Assembly: GCA_035480235.1 (NCBI GenBank)
Contig: DATIHX010000011.1
Span: 66,146 to 121,225 of the forward strand
From: Candidatus Saccharimonadales bacterium
GTDB taxonomy: Bacteria; Patescibacteriota; UBA1384; 2-12-FULL-50-11
DNA: 55,080 bases
Direction: 5' to 3'
Program-made: the position numbers and the translations under genes
In this document: positions 27,152-37,719 of the stretch, in pieces
How the letters are laid out: every line of letters begins with the position of its first letter
Numbering within the stretch: position 1 is the stretch's first letter
The notes under the pieces: model-generated
Databases searched by the model: none
What the model was told of the DNA's origin: nothing
The model's input: only the letters and a program-made list of their open reading frames with translations

Positions 27152-28855
27152 TTGGAATCGGTTATGATACGGTCAATGCCTGCTTCCAGCCTCTCGCCCG
27201 TGGAAATTTGGGACCGCTGGTTGAATCAACTCCGCGGCCGAGCCGATGACGACGATTGCGAAACGGCCAAATTAGATATCTTAACGCTCCTCAACCATCC
27301 CGAGCCGCTGGGCGACCGGGAGCTAGACGCTTTAGGTAGCTTACTGGCCCGCTGCACCAGTGCCACCGCCATGGTTCTTTATGAAGAGGTTGGCCGGGTC
27401 GGCGGCCGGACCACCAGCCCAATTGCCCAAGTCAAGATTCATGCCACGACGCTAACCAAAAGCCAGCTCGAGAGCTGCATTAAACATCACGGCTTTATTA
27501 GCCACATCGGCCGCCGCCGGGCCGACGCGGCGCTGAAGTTGCGCGAACCGATCAGCCTGGCTAAAGTGCGCGAACCGATCAATTACCTCTACCGCGTTAG
27601 TTTGGGGCCGCCGTACACCGCTATTCTTTTAGGTACCAATATTTTGCCGCGGACCGACCAAAAATTTCTGCAAACGGTGGAGGCAACGATTAAAAGCCGG
27701 GTTAGCCTCGCCAATGTTCTTTCGGCGCTCCAAACCGAAACCGACCGGCTGTCGATGATTACTCACCAATTAAGCGAGGGCTTGGTAATTTTAGACCAGC
27801 GCCTCAACGTCCGCACCTGGAACCGGCCGCTCCAGCGGCTGACCGGTTTCTCGCCGCTCGACGCCGAGCACCAGCCCTACCGCCAAACGCTGCGGCGCCT
27901 CGGCGCCACCGATTGGCTAGAGAAAATCATTAAAGAAGCCGACCTCAATCCCAGCCGCAACACCTTCAGCGAGCAGATCGAGATTCAAACCAAAAGTAAA
28001 GACCGCCGCTGGGTCAACCTTTCTGGCTCGTTCTTGCGCGACGAAACCGGCAACGTCACCCAAACGATTATTTTAATTTCCGACATCTCACGCTTCAAAG
28101 ATTTGGAGAATCGGAAAAACGAGTTCATCTCGATCGCCACCCACGAACTGCGCACGCCGATTACCGCCATCAAAGGCTACCTGACGCTGCTAGAAAAATC
28201 GGCCTCGGCACTAGGCGACAAAGAGCGGAGATTTTTAACTCGAGCGCTGCAAGCTAACGAGCGGCTAGTGCGACTAACGGAAGATCTGTTACAGGTGGTG
28301 AGGGTCGAGGAAAATCGGGTGCCGTTCACCCTCCGGCCGGTCAACGTTGAAACGGTGATTACACAGGTGGTGGCCGATTTCGGCGAAAAAGCCCGGGCCA
28401 AAAACATCGAGATCGTTTTCAGGCAACCGGTCTTTGAGACGATGATTATCGCCGACCAAGAGCGAATGGAACAGGTTTTCGCCAATTTAATTGATAACGC
28501 CATCAAATACACGCCGAAAGGCCGGGTGAGCATTAATTTCGACCAAACCACCGACCGGCTGACCAAAGAACGCTGGGTTAGCGTCGCCGTGGCCGATACC
28601 GGCATCGGCTTAAGCGCCCGTGAGCAGGAAACAATCTTTGAAAAGTTTCACCGCACCAATAAGGCCCGCCAAACCCGCGAGGGCGGCACCGGTTTGGGCC
28701 TGTTTATTGTGAAATCGTTTGTTGAAAAACAAGGCGGAACCATTAAAGTCAAAAGTGGCTTCCGGCGGGGCAGCGAGTTTATTATTAGCTTCCCGGCGCT
28801 GGAGCCAAAAATAGAAAGGAAAATTACCGATGGCCAAAAACGTGCTGTTAATTGA
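27152..28855 (+). CDS. Cytoplasmic PAS-domain sensor histidine kinase
   Basis: 567 aa with no TM segment. PAS-like region, H-box FISIATHELRTPITAIKGY, N/G boxes (NLIDNAIKYT, DTGIGL, GGTGLGL). Confidence 0.9.
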   Translation: MESVMIRSMPASSLSPVEIWDRWLNQLRGRADDDDCETAKLDILTLLNHPEPLGDRELDALGSLLARCTSATAMVLYEEVGRVGGRTTSPIAQVKIHATTLTKSQLESCIKHHGFISHIGRRRADAALKLREPISLAKVREPINYLYRVSLGPPYTAILLGTNILPRTDQKFLQTVEATIKSRVSLANVLSALQTETDRLSMITHQLSEGLVILDQRLNVRTWNRPLQRLTGFSPLDAEHQPYRQTLRRLGATDWLEKIIKEADLNPSRNTFSEQIEIQTKSKDRRWVNLSGSFLRDETGNVTQTIILISDISRFKDLENRKNEFISIATHELRTPITAIKGYLTLLEKSASALGDKERRFLTRALQANERLVRLTEDLLQVVRVEENRVPFTLRPVNVETVITQVVADFGEKARAKNIEIVFRQPVFETMIIADQERMEQVFANLIDNAIKYTPKGRVSINFDQTTDRLTKERWVSVAVADTGIGLSAREQETIFEKFHRTNKARQTREGGTGLGLFIVKSFVEKQGGTIKVKSGFRRGSEFIISFPALEPKIERKITDGQKRAVN

Positions 28856-29213
28856 AGACGAACCGCTCTTAATTGAGCTTTACGAGGAGGGTTGGGGCGA
28901 CCAAGATTTCAATTTAATCGTTGCCAAAGACGGCGAAGCAGGCTTGAAAAAAGCTGCCGACACTGGAGAGCGACCGAACTTAATTTTGCTGGATATTCTG
29001 TTGCCCGGCATTAACGGCTTCGAAGTGTTAAAACGGCTGAAAGCCAACGCCAAAACCAAAGATATTCCGGTGATTGTGTTAACAAACCTCGGCAGCGAAA
29101 AGACCGACAAAGACAAACAACTGGCCTTATCGCTCGGCGCGGTTGATTATTTGGTGAAATCCTACCATACCCCCGACGAGATGCTGGAAGTAATCCAGAA
29201 GCGGCTGAAGTAG
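28830..29213 (+). CDS. Single-domain (CheY-like) response regulator
   Basis: 127 aa. Receiver domain only (LLIEDE, LILLDILLPG, TNLG, K near the C-terminus). Overlaps the kinase gene by 26 nt. Confidence 0.9.
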   Translation: MAKNVLLIEDEPLLIELYEEGWGDQDFNLIVAKDGEAGLKKAADTGERPNLILLDILLPGINGFEVLKRLKANAKTKDIPVIVLTNLGSEKTDKDKQLALSLGAVDYLVKSYHTPDEMLEVIQKRLK

Positions 29214-29215
29214 CC

Positions 29216-30139
29216 TTAAATCTCTTTAAGTCTATCCAAAATATATCGCCGAACTTCCTTTAGAGTTGCGTCAGTTACAATTGTAGTCTCAAATCCGCTA
29301 GGATCTTCTACGAAACGAGGGTACTTATCGGGTAGCTCAAGACGATAGTTTTTCGTATTGGTTTTGAATAACCCCGGCTGCATAATATATGCCATTAGTA
29401 TTTCATCGTTCGCCCACGGCCTAGCAAATGCTGTCGGTAATCCAGCTGATTGCAAACCACTCCGCATGCTTTTCATACTCTCTTTATTTAAGGCTGCTAG
29501 TAATTTTACAGCTGGGTGATTGATGCTTTCTAGCTCCTCAATTTCTGAGTCTGTCCAGGGGTCGTCGGCGCGAAAAGTTAGGTCGCCAGGCACTATTGTC
29601 AGATTGAATCCAGCATTTAAGACTAAACTTGCCGCTGCTGAATCATTACAGAAGTTGTGCTCAAACCCACGGGGGACCTGAACGCTATCAACTATTGGAG
29701 GATTTATCATCCCGCCCATAACGACAAGGCGTTTAACCTTTTGAGGAAGGGTTTTATCCAAGCGAAGCGCTTCGGCTACATTCGACAAAGTCCCAATGCC
29801 CGCAAGAACTAATTGACCGTTGTATTTATTGGCTAGCTCAATAATTAAGTGAGCGGCGCTTTGATTGTCGACAGGGAATCTCCGATAATTCTCCAGGCCA
29901 AATACCGCGCCTTCCCAACTAAAGTTATTGGTGGGGACCCCGATTCCTGGCGACACTGGCGTCTTGTCTTTGCCGAGCAAGCTTAAAAGTTTAAGAGCCG
30001 CTTGGGCTCGAAACTGAGTATCGTCAGTAACCGTGGATACCCCGACTAGCTTAATATCTTGGTAGATGGCGGCGAGCGTAAGGGCAGCAGCGTCCGTCAT
30101 TTCACTGCCGATATCTGTATCCAGGTGGAGGTGGATCAT
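29216..30139 (-). CDS. Nucleoside hydrolase (IUNH family)
   Basis: 307 aa. N-terminal Asp cluster HLDTDIGSEMTDAA, LVLAGIGTLSNVAEAL, VVMGG. AT-richer than the flanks. Confidence 0.75.
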   Translation of the reverse strand: MIHLHLDTDIGSEMTDAAALTLAAIYQDIKLVGVSTVTDDTQFRAQAALKLLSLLGKDKTPVSPGIGVPTNNFSWEGAVFGLENYRRFPVDNQSAAHLIIELANKYNGQLVLAGIGTLSNVAEALRLDKTLPQKVKRLVVMGGMINPPIVDSVQVPRGFEHNFCNDSAAASLVLNAGFNLTIVPGDLTFRADDPWTDSEIEELESINHPAVKLLAALNKESMKSMRSGLQSAGLPTAFARPWANDEILMAYIMQPGLFKTNTKNYRLELPDKYPRFVEDPSGFETTIVTDATLKEVRRYILDRLKEI

Positions 30140-30195
30140 AGTAACAAGTTACAGTAATACGATTAGTGAAGGAAGCTGGACTTACCGTACTTTCA

Positions 30196-31359
30196 CTACT
30201 TCTCTGCTGGGAATATTTTAGCGAATTGGAGGGCGAGGTATAGTTCGACGGCGTCGGTGAATTTTCTCGGGTCTTTGTCGAGGAGCTCGGCAATTTTATC
30301 GAGCCGGTAAATAACGGTATTGCGGTGAACCTTTAAGCTTTCAGCGGTCTGGGTGAGGTTCAAATTGGTACCCAAAAAAGCTTCGAGGGTGTCGATTAGC
30401 TCTTGATCGTCGTCTAGGCTCGAAAGCAGATGGTGGGCGTAATCTTTTTTTTGGCTAGTGGTGTTCGACAGTAAAAGTGGCAGCACGCCCAAGGAGTCGC
30501 TACGGTAGAGATGGTCGGCGCCGCGCAGTTTTACCCCCACTTCCAACACCTGGAGGGCCTCTTGGGCGCTAATCAGCAAACCGGCCGCCGAGGTGGCCGG
30601 CGAGCCGAGGCCGATCGTCACTTTTTGAATGTGAATGTTTTTCAGCGGCCCGACAATTTCACCGTAATTTTTGCTTAACAGGTCGTAAAAACGGTCGAAA
30701 TCGGCATCAGAGAGGTCTTTGAAGACTAAGAATTTGTCGTTGCCGATGTAGCCAATAATATTGTCTTGGTTGCGGCTGAAAAAACTGGAGAGGCTTCGTT
30801 CGATATCGTTTTTCTTGGCGGCGATCAGGTTTTTCTTTCCTTCTTGCGGCGTGCCGACGGTTTGGAGGTAGTTGTCCCAAAAGCCGGTCAGCTCAAAAAT
30901 TAAAGCCGAGCGTTGGACGTCCAGGCGAAACCCCAGCGCCGCCATTTGGCTTTCCAGTTCGTCGGCATCAATGGTTTGGGCGCGGTAGACCACCCGGGTC
31001 AGGAGCAAGTCTACAGCGTCGGGCCGGGGTTTGTGGAGCGTCAAAAATTGCTGGCTAATCAGTTCGGCTAGGCTAGAAATTATTTGAATAGTCTGAAAGT
31101 CTTCCGGCACCACTTCGGTGACCACCAAACCGGCCAACTTGTCTTCAGCGTAAATCGGGATGGCTTGCAACTCAGCGTGGTCGGTAACGGGCAGGCAACT
31201 TTTATCACGACTCGGCCCTTCCAAGAGCGTGAACTGCTTAATTTTCGGGAAATCGTTCATTTCCGGTAACGGCTGACCGTTTTGATTAATCATCGCCACT
31301 GGCCGGCCAACAATGCGCTTAATCTGGCGATAGATCTCTTTTAATAAATATGGTGACAT
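30196..31359 (-). CDS. CdaR/PucR-family transcriptional regulator
   Basis: 387 aa. C-terminal PucR-type HTH (LNLTQTAESLKVHRNTVIYRLDKIAELL). GGAGGA precedes the ATG. Confidence 0.75.
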   Translation of the reverse strand: MSPYLLKEIYRQIKRIVGRPVAMINQNGQPLPEMNDFPKIKQFTLLEGPSRDKSCLPVTDHAELQAIPIYAEDKLAGLVVTEVVPEDFQTIQIISSLAELISQQFLTLHKPRPDAVDLLLTRVVYRAQTIDADELESQMAALGFRLDVQRSALIFELTGFWDNYLQTVGTPQEGKKNLIAAKKNDIERSLSSFFSRNQDNIIGYIGNDKFLVFKDLSDADFDRFYDLLSKNYGEIVGPLKNIHIQKVTIGLGSPATSAAGLLISAQEALQVLEVGVKLRGADHLYRSDSLGVLPLLLSNTTSQKKDYAHHLLSSLDDDQELIDTLEAFLGTNLNLTQTAESLKVHRNTVIYRLDKIAELLDKDPRKFTDAVELYLALQFAKIFPAEK

Positions 31360-31551
31360 GCGTTCCTCCTTTGTCAGTTTCTCTAAGTCAACCCTATATG
31401 TATATTCTCACAATCGTCTAAAGGTACAAGTGACGTTTTTGGCTAATTATCTGAATAATGCAATGGTAATTTGTAGGAAGTTATAATTAGTTGGTAGCTA
31501 CTCTGGGGCGGCGATTATCTCACAATTGAGTAACTCTAAATTGCTCGCAAT

Positions 31552-33483
31552 TTACCCAACGCTAGGGTTAGCCGGAACAATCGGCGTTAACGGCAGTTGA
31601 AAGTGCTGCTGCATTATTTGCCGAACTACCGGGCCGGCGACGTCGAAACCTTCGCCGCCGCCTTCAATCACCACTGAAACGACGATTTCTGGGTTATCGA
31701 ACGGTGCAAAAGCGGTGAACCAAGCGTGGGTGTTGGATAGCGAAGCGCTGGTTTGGGCGGTGCCGGTTTTGGCGCCCATCGGCACCGGCAAGCCGCCCAA
31801 AATAAAGTAGGCAGTGCCGCCCGGTTGGTCAGCCAGGCGCATACCCTGGCGGACGGTATCGATGTTGCTTGGGTCGACGACGTTTTGGGTTTTAATAATC
31901 GGGACGACGTCTTTAGTGCTGCCGTCGCCATTGATCAGGCTTTTAACCATTTGTGGCTGGTAGAGCCTGCCGCCGTTAGCGATGGCGCTGATGGCATCCG
32001 CCAGTTGGAGCGGGGTGATCAGGAAGCCGCCTTGGCCGATCGACAAGTTGTAGGTGTCGCCTAAAAACCACCGTTCGTGCTGGGTCTTTTGCTTCCAGGC
32101 CGGCGTCGGGACGTTGCCGGCTTTTTCGCCGGGCAGATCGACGCCAGTCTGGCTGCCGAAGCCAAATTTTTGCAAATAGCTATCCAGCCGATCGATGCCC
32201 AAACCGCCGATCGGGCCGTGACCGCCGCCGATGGTGTAAAAGAATATGTCGTTACTCTGGGCGATAGCTAGTCTAATATCGGAGATCCCGTGGGTCTTCC
32301 AGTCGTGGAAGGTTTGCGGCCCGGCAGTAATCGGCTGTGAGGTGTCGAATTTAGTAGTGGCAGTGACGACGCCGGCCTGCAGAGCGCCAGCGGCGATCAG
32401 CGGTTTAACGGTAGAGCCGCTCGGCAGCTGGCCGGCGATCGCCCGGTTAAGTAGCGGCGAAAGCGGATCGGTTAAAGCGGCTTGGCGAGCGGCCGCGTCG
32501 CCGGTGGTGGAGAATAAATTATTGTCGAAACTTGGGGCGCTAACCATCGCCAGAATTTGGCCCGAGCGCGGATCCATCGCCACGGCTGCACCGCTTTTGG
32601 CGTGGTTAGCGCCAATGGCCGCATTTAAAGCCGAGCTGGTAATTTGTTGTAAGCCGCTATCCAGCCCAAGAATGAGCGATTGGCCCGGCACCGACGGTTG
32701 GTTGCCGACCACCCGGAGCGCCCGGCCGGCGCTATCAACTTCCACAGTGTTAATGCCCGGCGTCCCCTGTAAGGCCGGGTCGTATTGCTCTTCCAAACCG
32801 CTTTTACCGACGTAGCTGGTGGGTAATAAGGCCGGGCGGGCCCGCAAATCGGTGGCGCTGGTTTTGCCGATATAACCGAGCAAATGACCGAGGTCCGGCA
32901 CTTCTTCCGAGTATTGACGCACCGGCACCGCCAGCAAGCTGACGCCGGTTAAGTTGGCGTCGCTGAGTTGGAGTTCGAGCGCCATCGCTCGGTCGCGGTC
33001 GAGGTTGTCCAAGAGCGTTAGTTGGCTAAGGTTGGCGCTAGCTTTCAGTTGGTTGGTTAAAGCCGTCGCATCAAGCCCTAATACGCCGGCCATTTTAGTA
33101 ATGGTGGCCACCCGGGCGGCGGCTTTTTTCGGGACTTCGGCCGGCTCCAGTACCACCGAATAATTAGGAATGTTTTTGACTAGCGCTGTGCCGTTGCGGT
33201 CGTAAAACAACCCCCGGAGCGCCGGCACCGGCTCGGTTTTCAGGCGGTTGCCTTCGGCCAGCGAATAGTTTTGTTGGCCCTGAACGATTTGCAAGCCAAT
33301 CAGCCGGAGAGCTAGGCCGAACATCAGCGCCAACACCACCAAGCGAAAAATTACCAACGCCCGCTTTTCCGGTGGTTGGTCACTGGCCAAGCCATCGCCC
33401 GGCCCGGCGGCTTCAACCGCCAAACCGGTTTCCAGTGGCGGCTCGTAATTTTCCCCGAGCGGCTTGATGCCGGCGATCGGCAA
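31552..33483 (-). CDS. mrdA: Penicillin-binding protein 2 (elongasome transpeptidase)
   Basis: 643 aa. N-terminal TM, PBP dimerisation domain, transpeptidase motifs STVKP, SND, KTGTA. Follows mreBCD. Confidence 0.9.
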   Translation of the reverse strand: MPIAGIKPLGENYEPPLETGLAVEAAGPGDGLASDQPPEKRALVIFRLVVLALMFGLALRLIGLQIVQGQQNYSLAEGNRLKTEPVPALRGLFYDRNGTALVKNIPNYSVVLEPAEVPKKAAARVATITKMAGVLGLDATALTNQLKASANLSQLTLLDNLDRDRAMALELQLSDANLTGVSLLAVPVRQYSEEVPDLGHLLGYIGKTSATDLRARPALLPTSYVGKSGLEEQYDPALQGTPGINTVEVDSAGRALRVVGNQPSVPGQSLILGLDSGLQQITSSALNAAIGANHAKSGAAVAMDPRSGQILAMVSAPSFDNNLFSTTGDAAARQAALTDPLSPLLNRAIAGQLPSGSTVKPLIAAGALQAGVVTATTKFDTSQPITAGPQTFHDWKTHGISDIRLAIAQSNDIFFYTIGGGHGPIGGLGIDRLDSYLQKFGFGSQTGVDLPGEKAGNVPTPAWKQKTQHERWFLGDTYNLSIGQGGFLITPLQLADAISAIANGGRLYQPQMVKSLINGDGSTKDVVPIIKTQNVVDPSNIDTVRQGMRLADQPGGTAYFILGGLPVPMGAKTGTAQTSASLSNTHAWFTAFAPFDNPEIVVSVVIEGGGEGFDVAGPVVRQIMQQHFQLPLTPIVPANPSVG

Positions 33484-33575
33484 GTACGGGTCAAAAATCG
33501 CCGCGTCAGTGGAGCGGATCCGGCCCTTCGGCCGCCAAGTGGCGATTCTTCGGAAGAGTTGGTCGAGCCAATCAG

Positions 33576-34088
33576 TCAGAGTTGCCGTCCTTCCCAGTGT
33601 TCAGTTAAGTGAAATCGGATCACTAGTAGATAGTACAGACCGATGGCGATCAAAAAATTAGCGAAAACGCTAACGACAATTGGCGCCAGCTGGATGCCAC
33701 CGCTCAGCACGAATTCGACGCTGATCATCAGCACGTTAGCGATCGCCAGCGCCGCCAGGGCGTGGAGCACCGACGAGACGGCAAAAAACCGAACTTTCAA
33801 GAATTGAATCAGCAGCGTTAGCCCGGCGAACACCACTAGCCAGAGCCCAAACGGCGTAAAGCCAAGTAGGTCGGCCGAAAGCCCCACCAGCACCGCCCAA
33901 AAAAGCGCGGCGCTGCGACCTCCGAACCAACTAAAGGCCCAGACCGAAAGCAGTAGTAAGTCCGGCGCGCCGCCGCGCAAGTTCCAGTAGTGGCCGACCG
34001 GGCCGTAGGTGAGTGGCAGGCAGACCGCCAAGAGTAGTAGTTGCAGAAAGACGCTGCGGGTTTTCATGGAATTAGTTGGTTTGGACAA
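33576..34088 (-). CDS. mreD: Rod-shape determining protein MreD
   Basis: 170-aa polytopic membrane protein overlapping the mreC stop by 17 nt. Confidence 0.7.
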   Translation of the reverse strand: MSKPTNSMKTRSVFLQLLLLAVCLPLTYGPVGHYWNLRGGAPDLLLLSVWAFSWFGGRSAALFWAVLVGLSADLLGFTPFGLWLVVFAGLTLLIQFLKVRFFAVSSVLHALAALAIANVLMISVEFVLSGGIQLAPIVVSVFANFLIAIGLYYLLVIRFHLTEHWEGRQL

Positions 34089-34863
34089 CGAAAACCGTCG
34101 TCAGGCTATTAATGTTAACCGGCGAAGCCACCCGAGCGCTCTGGAAAATGTCTTCTTTGTGGCTCAAAATTTGCTCGACAGTGCCCACGGCAATGCCAGC
34201 CGGGTATAGGTTACCCAGCGCCGAAGTAACCACTGGTTCACCAACAGTCACCCTGGCGTCAATGGGAATATTGGTCACCACCAGCCCGCCGATGTCACCC
34301 TGCAACAGGCCGGTGGTTTGCGAGCCGGTTAAAAGCACCGGCGTGAGCAAGTTGCGGTTAGCCAGGAGCCAAATTTCGCTGGTTGAATTGGAAACTTGTT
34401 TAACTTTGCCGATGACGTAGCCGCTCGACACCACCACTTCATTAACTTTTAGGCCGTCGTGGCTGCCTTTGTCGATGGTGATAGCCTGGTACAAACCGAC
34501 CGGCGAGTAGTTAATAATAGCGGCCGGCAACAGCTTTAAGTCCGGCCGGCTTTGGGCAAAATTCAGGTCTTTGCGCAGTTGGCTGTTCTCGTTTTGAATT
34601 GTTTGCAGGCCAGCAACGGTCGCTTGTAACTGGTTATTTTGGGCTTTGAGCGCCGCGTTTTCCCGTGACAAAGCGTTAATTGAACCAAACAAAACGATCG
34701 CGGTGTGAAGTTGGCTGCCGGAGTGGTTCAAAAGCGCCACCGGGCCGGCTACTAGCCTTCTCGCCCGGTCGCGAACCGGATGGAAAAGCGGAAATTGAGC
34801 GATCAGAATGAGTAAAATGAGGGCGATGTAATAGGTGGAACGCTGACGAAGGCGGCGCAGCAT
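34072..34863 (-). CDS. mreC: Rod-shape determining protein MreC
   Basis: 263 aa. N-terminal anchor, coiled coil (ENAALKAQNNQLQ), beta-barrel region (VVSSGYVIGKV..., YPAGIAVGTV). Confidence 0.85.
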   Translation of the reverse strand: MLRRLRQRSTYYIALILLILIAQFPLFHPVRDRARRLVAGPVALLNHSGSQLHTAIVLFGSINALSRENAALKAQNNQLQATVAGLQTIQNENSQLRKDLNFAQSRPDLKLLPAAIINYSPVGLYQAITIDKGSHDGLKVNEVVVSSGYVIGKVKQVSNSTSEIWLLANRNLLTPVLLTGSQTTGLLQGDIGGLVVTNIPIDARVTVGEPVVTSALGNLYPAGIAVGTVEQILSHKEDIFQSARVASPVNINSLTTVFVVQTN

Positions 34864-34927
34864 TACAGTAAAGAATTACTAAATAACTGAATGACTAAAT
34901 TACTGAATTTCGTTGGAAGAATTGACA

Positions 34928-35968
<1,041 letters not shown>

Positions 35969-36023
35969 TGAATTGATAGTAACAATTTCGAGGTTAAAAG
36001 CAATTCACCCAGCGTGTGTTAAA

Positions 36024-36353
36024 ATGAAATATCTCTTTCGAATAAGGAGCGCACCATTGAAACCCTTGAATACGTCTGACATAGCTGCGCTACGAGCAAT
36101 AATGAATCTGTCGCCCGACGGCAGTGTTCATGTGGCAAAACCACCAATAAGACAGAAATTTCCTGTCGGAATACTGTCCGATTGTGATATCTTTATTGGT
36201 CCTGGTCCGGCCATACCGAATATCTTTGTCGGCACTGGGCTTGAATATGAAGATAACAATGAGCCGCGCTTTGTTAATCCGATGCCGGCCCTCGACGAGC
36301 TAGTTGGCCCTGGATTACCCGGCCAACACGACCAACTCGACGACGAAGAGTAG
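36024..36353 (+). CDS. Hypothetical small protein
   Basis: The ATG at 36024 is taken as the start because the longer ORF from 35904 overlaps mreB. Followed by a + strand terminator. No known motif. Confidence 0.35.
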   Translation: MKYLFRIRSAPLKPLNTSDIAALRAIMNLSPDGSVHVAKPPIRQKFPVGILSDCDIFIGPGPAIPNIFVGTGLEYEDNNEPRFVNPMPALDELVGPGLPGQHDQLDDEE

Positions 36354-36367
36354 CGTCTCGATATTTT

Positions 36368-36388
36368 GCCCCATTTCGGGGCTTTTTT
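36368..36388 (+). terminator. Rho-independent terminator
   Basis: GCCCC-ATTTC-GGGGC followed by TTTTTT. Confidence 0.6.
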
Positions 36389-37304
36389 AAAAATACTTCT
36401 TAACTTTGGTGGCTTGTTCGGCGGCGGTTTGGGAGTAGTAGGTGGTACCGTGAGCGGTGAAGAAGAAGTAATAATTAGTCGTGGCCGGAGCCAGAGCCGC
36501 TTGCAAACTTTTCAGGCCAGGGTTGCAGATCGGGCCGGGCGGCAAGCCAGCGTTCAAATAAGTGTTATACGGCGAGGCGACGGTCTGGACATCACCGGCA
36601 TCAAGCACCGCCCAAGAACCTTTGGCGTACTGAACGGTCGGATCGGCCTGGAGTTTCATGCCGATTTTCAGGCGATTGACGTAAACGCTGGCGATTTGCG
36701 AGCGATCATCATTCGCCCCGGCTTCGCGTTCGACAATCGAGGCCAAAATTACCACGTCCGGCGTCAGGTTTTTCAGATCTTTGGTTCGTGAAGTAAAGTT
36801 ATCTTTCAAAATTTTAATTAACCCCGCAATGGTTTCGTCGGCTTTGATTTCGTAGGTATCGGGGAATAAATAGCCTTCATCTTTTTCGGCCACAGCGGTA
36901 AAACCAACAAATTGTTTCAAGCCGCGGTCTTCCACCAAATATTTTTCCATATCTTTCGCTCGCCAACCTTCCAGTAGGGTGATTTTGACCGTTTTAAAAT
37001 CGCCGTGACTCATCATGAGAATCATCTCACTGGCCGATTCGTTAGCCGATAATTCGTACGGCCCGGGAATAAAGTCGGCCCGGGTCAAACGTGAATAGAG
37101 CAAAAAGGCGGCCGGGCTTTTAATTAGCTTGGCGTCGTCCAGCTGCTTGGCCACCTCAGCTCGGGTCGAGTTAGCTTTAATCTCAACCGTTTGGGTAGCG
37201 GTCGTGTTAGGATCTTTGGCGGAGAGTAAAAAAGTGAAGCGAAAAACCACAATGATTAACCCCAACGCTAGAGCGATCGCAAAAAGTTTAACTGCCAGCC
37301 GCAT
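36387..37304 (-). CDS. mltG: Endolytic murein transglycosylase MltG (YceG-like)
   Basis: 305 aa. N-terminal TM, then LEGYLFPDTYE, ASIVEREA, SPYNTYLNAGLPPGPICNPG. Confidence 0.9.
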   Translation of the reverse strand: MRLAVKLFAIALALGLIIVVFRFTFLLSAKDPNTTATQTVEIKANSTRAEVAKQLDDAKLIKSPAAFLLYSRLTRADFIPGPYELSANESASEMILMMSHGDFKTVKITLLEGWRAKDMEKYLVEDRGLKQFVGFTAVAEKDEGYLFPDTYEIKADETIAGLIKILKDNFTSRTKDLKNLTPDVVILASIVEREAGANDDRSQIASVYVNRLKIGMKLQADPTVQYAKGSWAVLDAGDVQTVASPYNTYLNAGLPPGPICNPGLKSLQAALAPATTNYYFFFTAHGTTYYSQTAAEQATKVKKYF

Positions 37305-37719
37305 GCTCTTCTAAAAATTGCTGAAGGATTAATTCCGCCGAAAGTTGGTGCGTTCGTTTTTTAATTTCATCGGCGCTCAAACCTTGGCTTTCCAGCATAT
37401 CCTCGGCCATAAAGCTGGTGAGCGTTTCATCCACAAAGTGAACGGTGACGTTCAGTTTGTCTTCCAGCCCGCGACAAAATTTTTCAATTTTTTTGGATTC
37501 TTCGGTCGGCGCGCCGTCTTCGTCCACCGGCAGGCCGGCGACAATCGCGTCGGCGCCTTCGTCTTCAATAATTTTGGCTAATTGGGTGTAAGCCGCTTCC
37601 GGCTGGCTGTAGAAATCGCGGTCTTTAGCGGCCGAAATTGTCGTTAATTCTTTGGCTAAGAGTTCGCCAACGGCTATACCAAGAAATTTCTGGCCGACGT
37701 CTAGTCCTAAGTAACGCAT
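37288..37719 (-). CDS. ruvX: YqgF/RuvX putative pre-16S rRNA nuclease / Holliday-junction resolvase-like
   Basis: 143 aa. MRYLGLDVGQKFLGIAV..., VAGLPV, DETLTS. Confidence 0.9.
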   Translation of the reverse strand: MRYLGLDVGQKFLGIAVGELLAKELTTISAAKDRDFYSQPEAAYTQLAKIIEDEGADAIVAGLPVDEDGAPTEESKKIEKFCRGLEDKLNVTVHFVDETLTSFMAEDMLESQGLSADEIKKRTHQLSAELILQQFLEEHAAGS

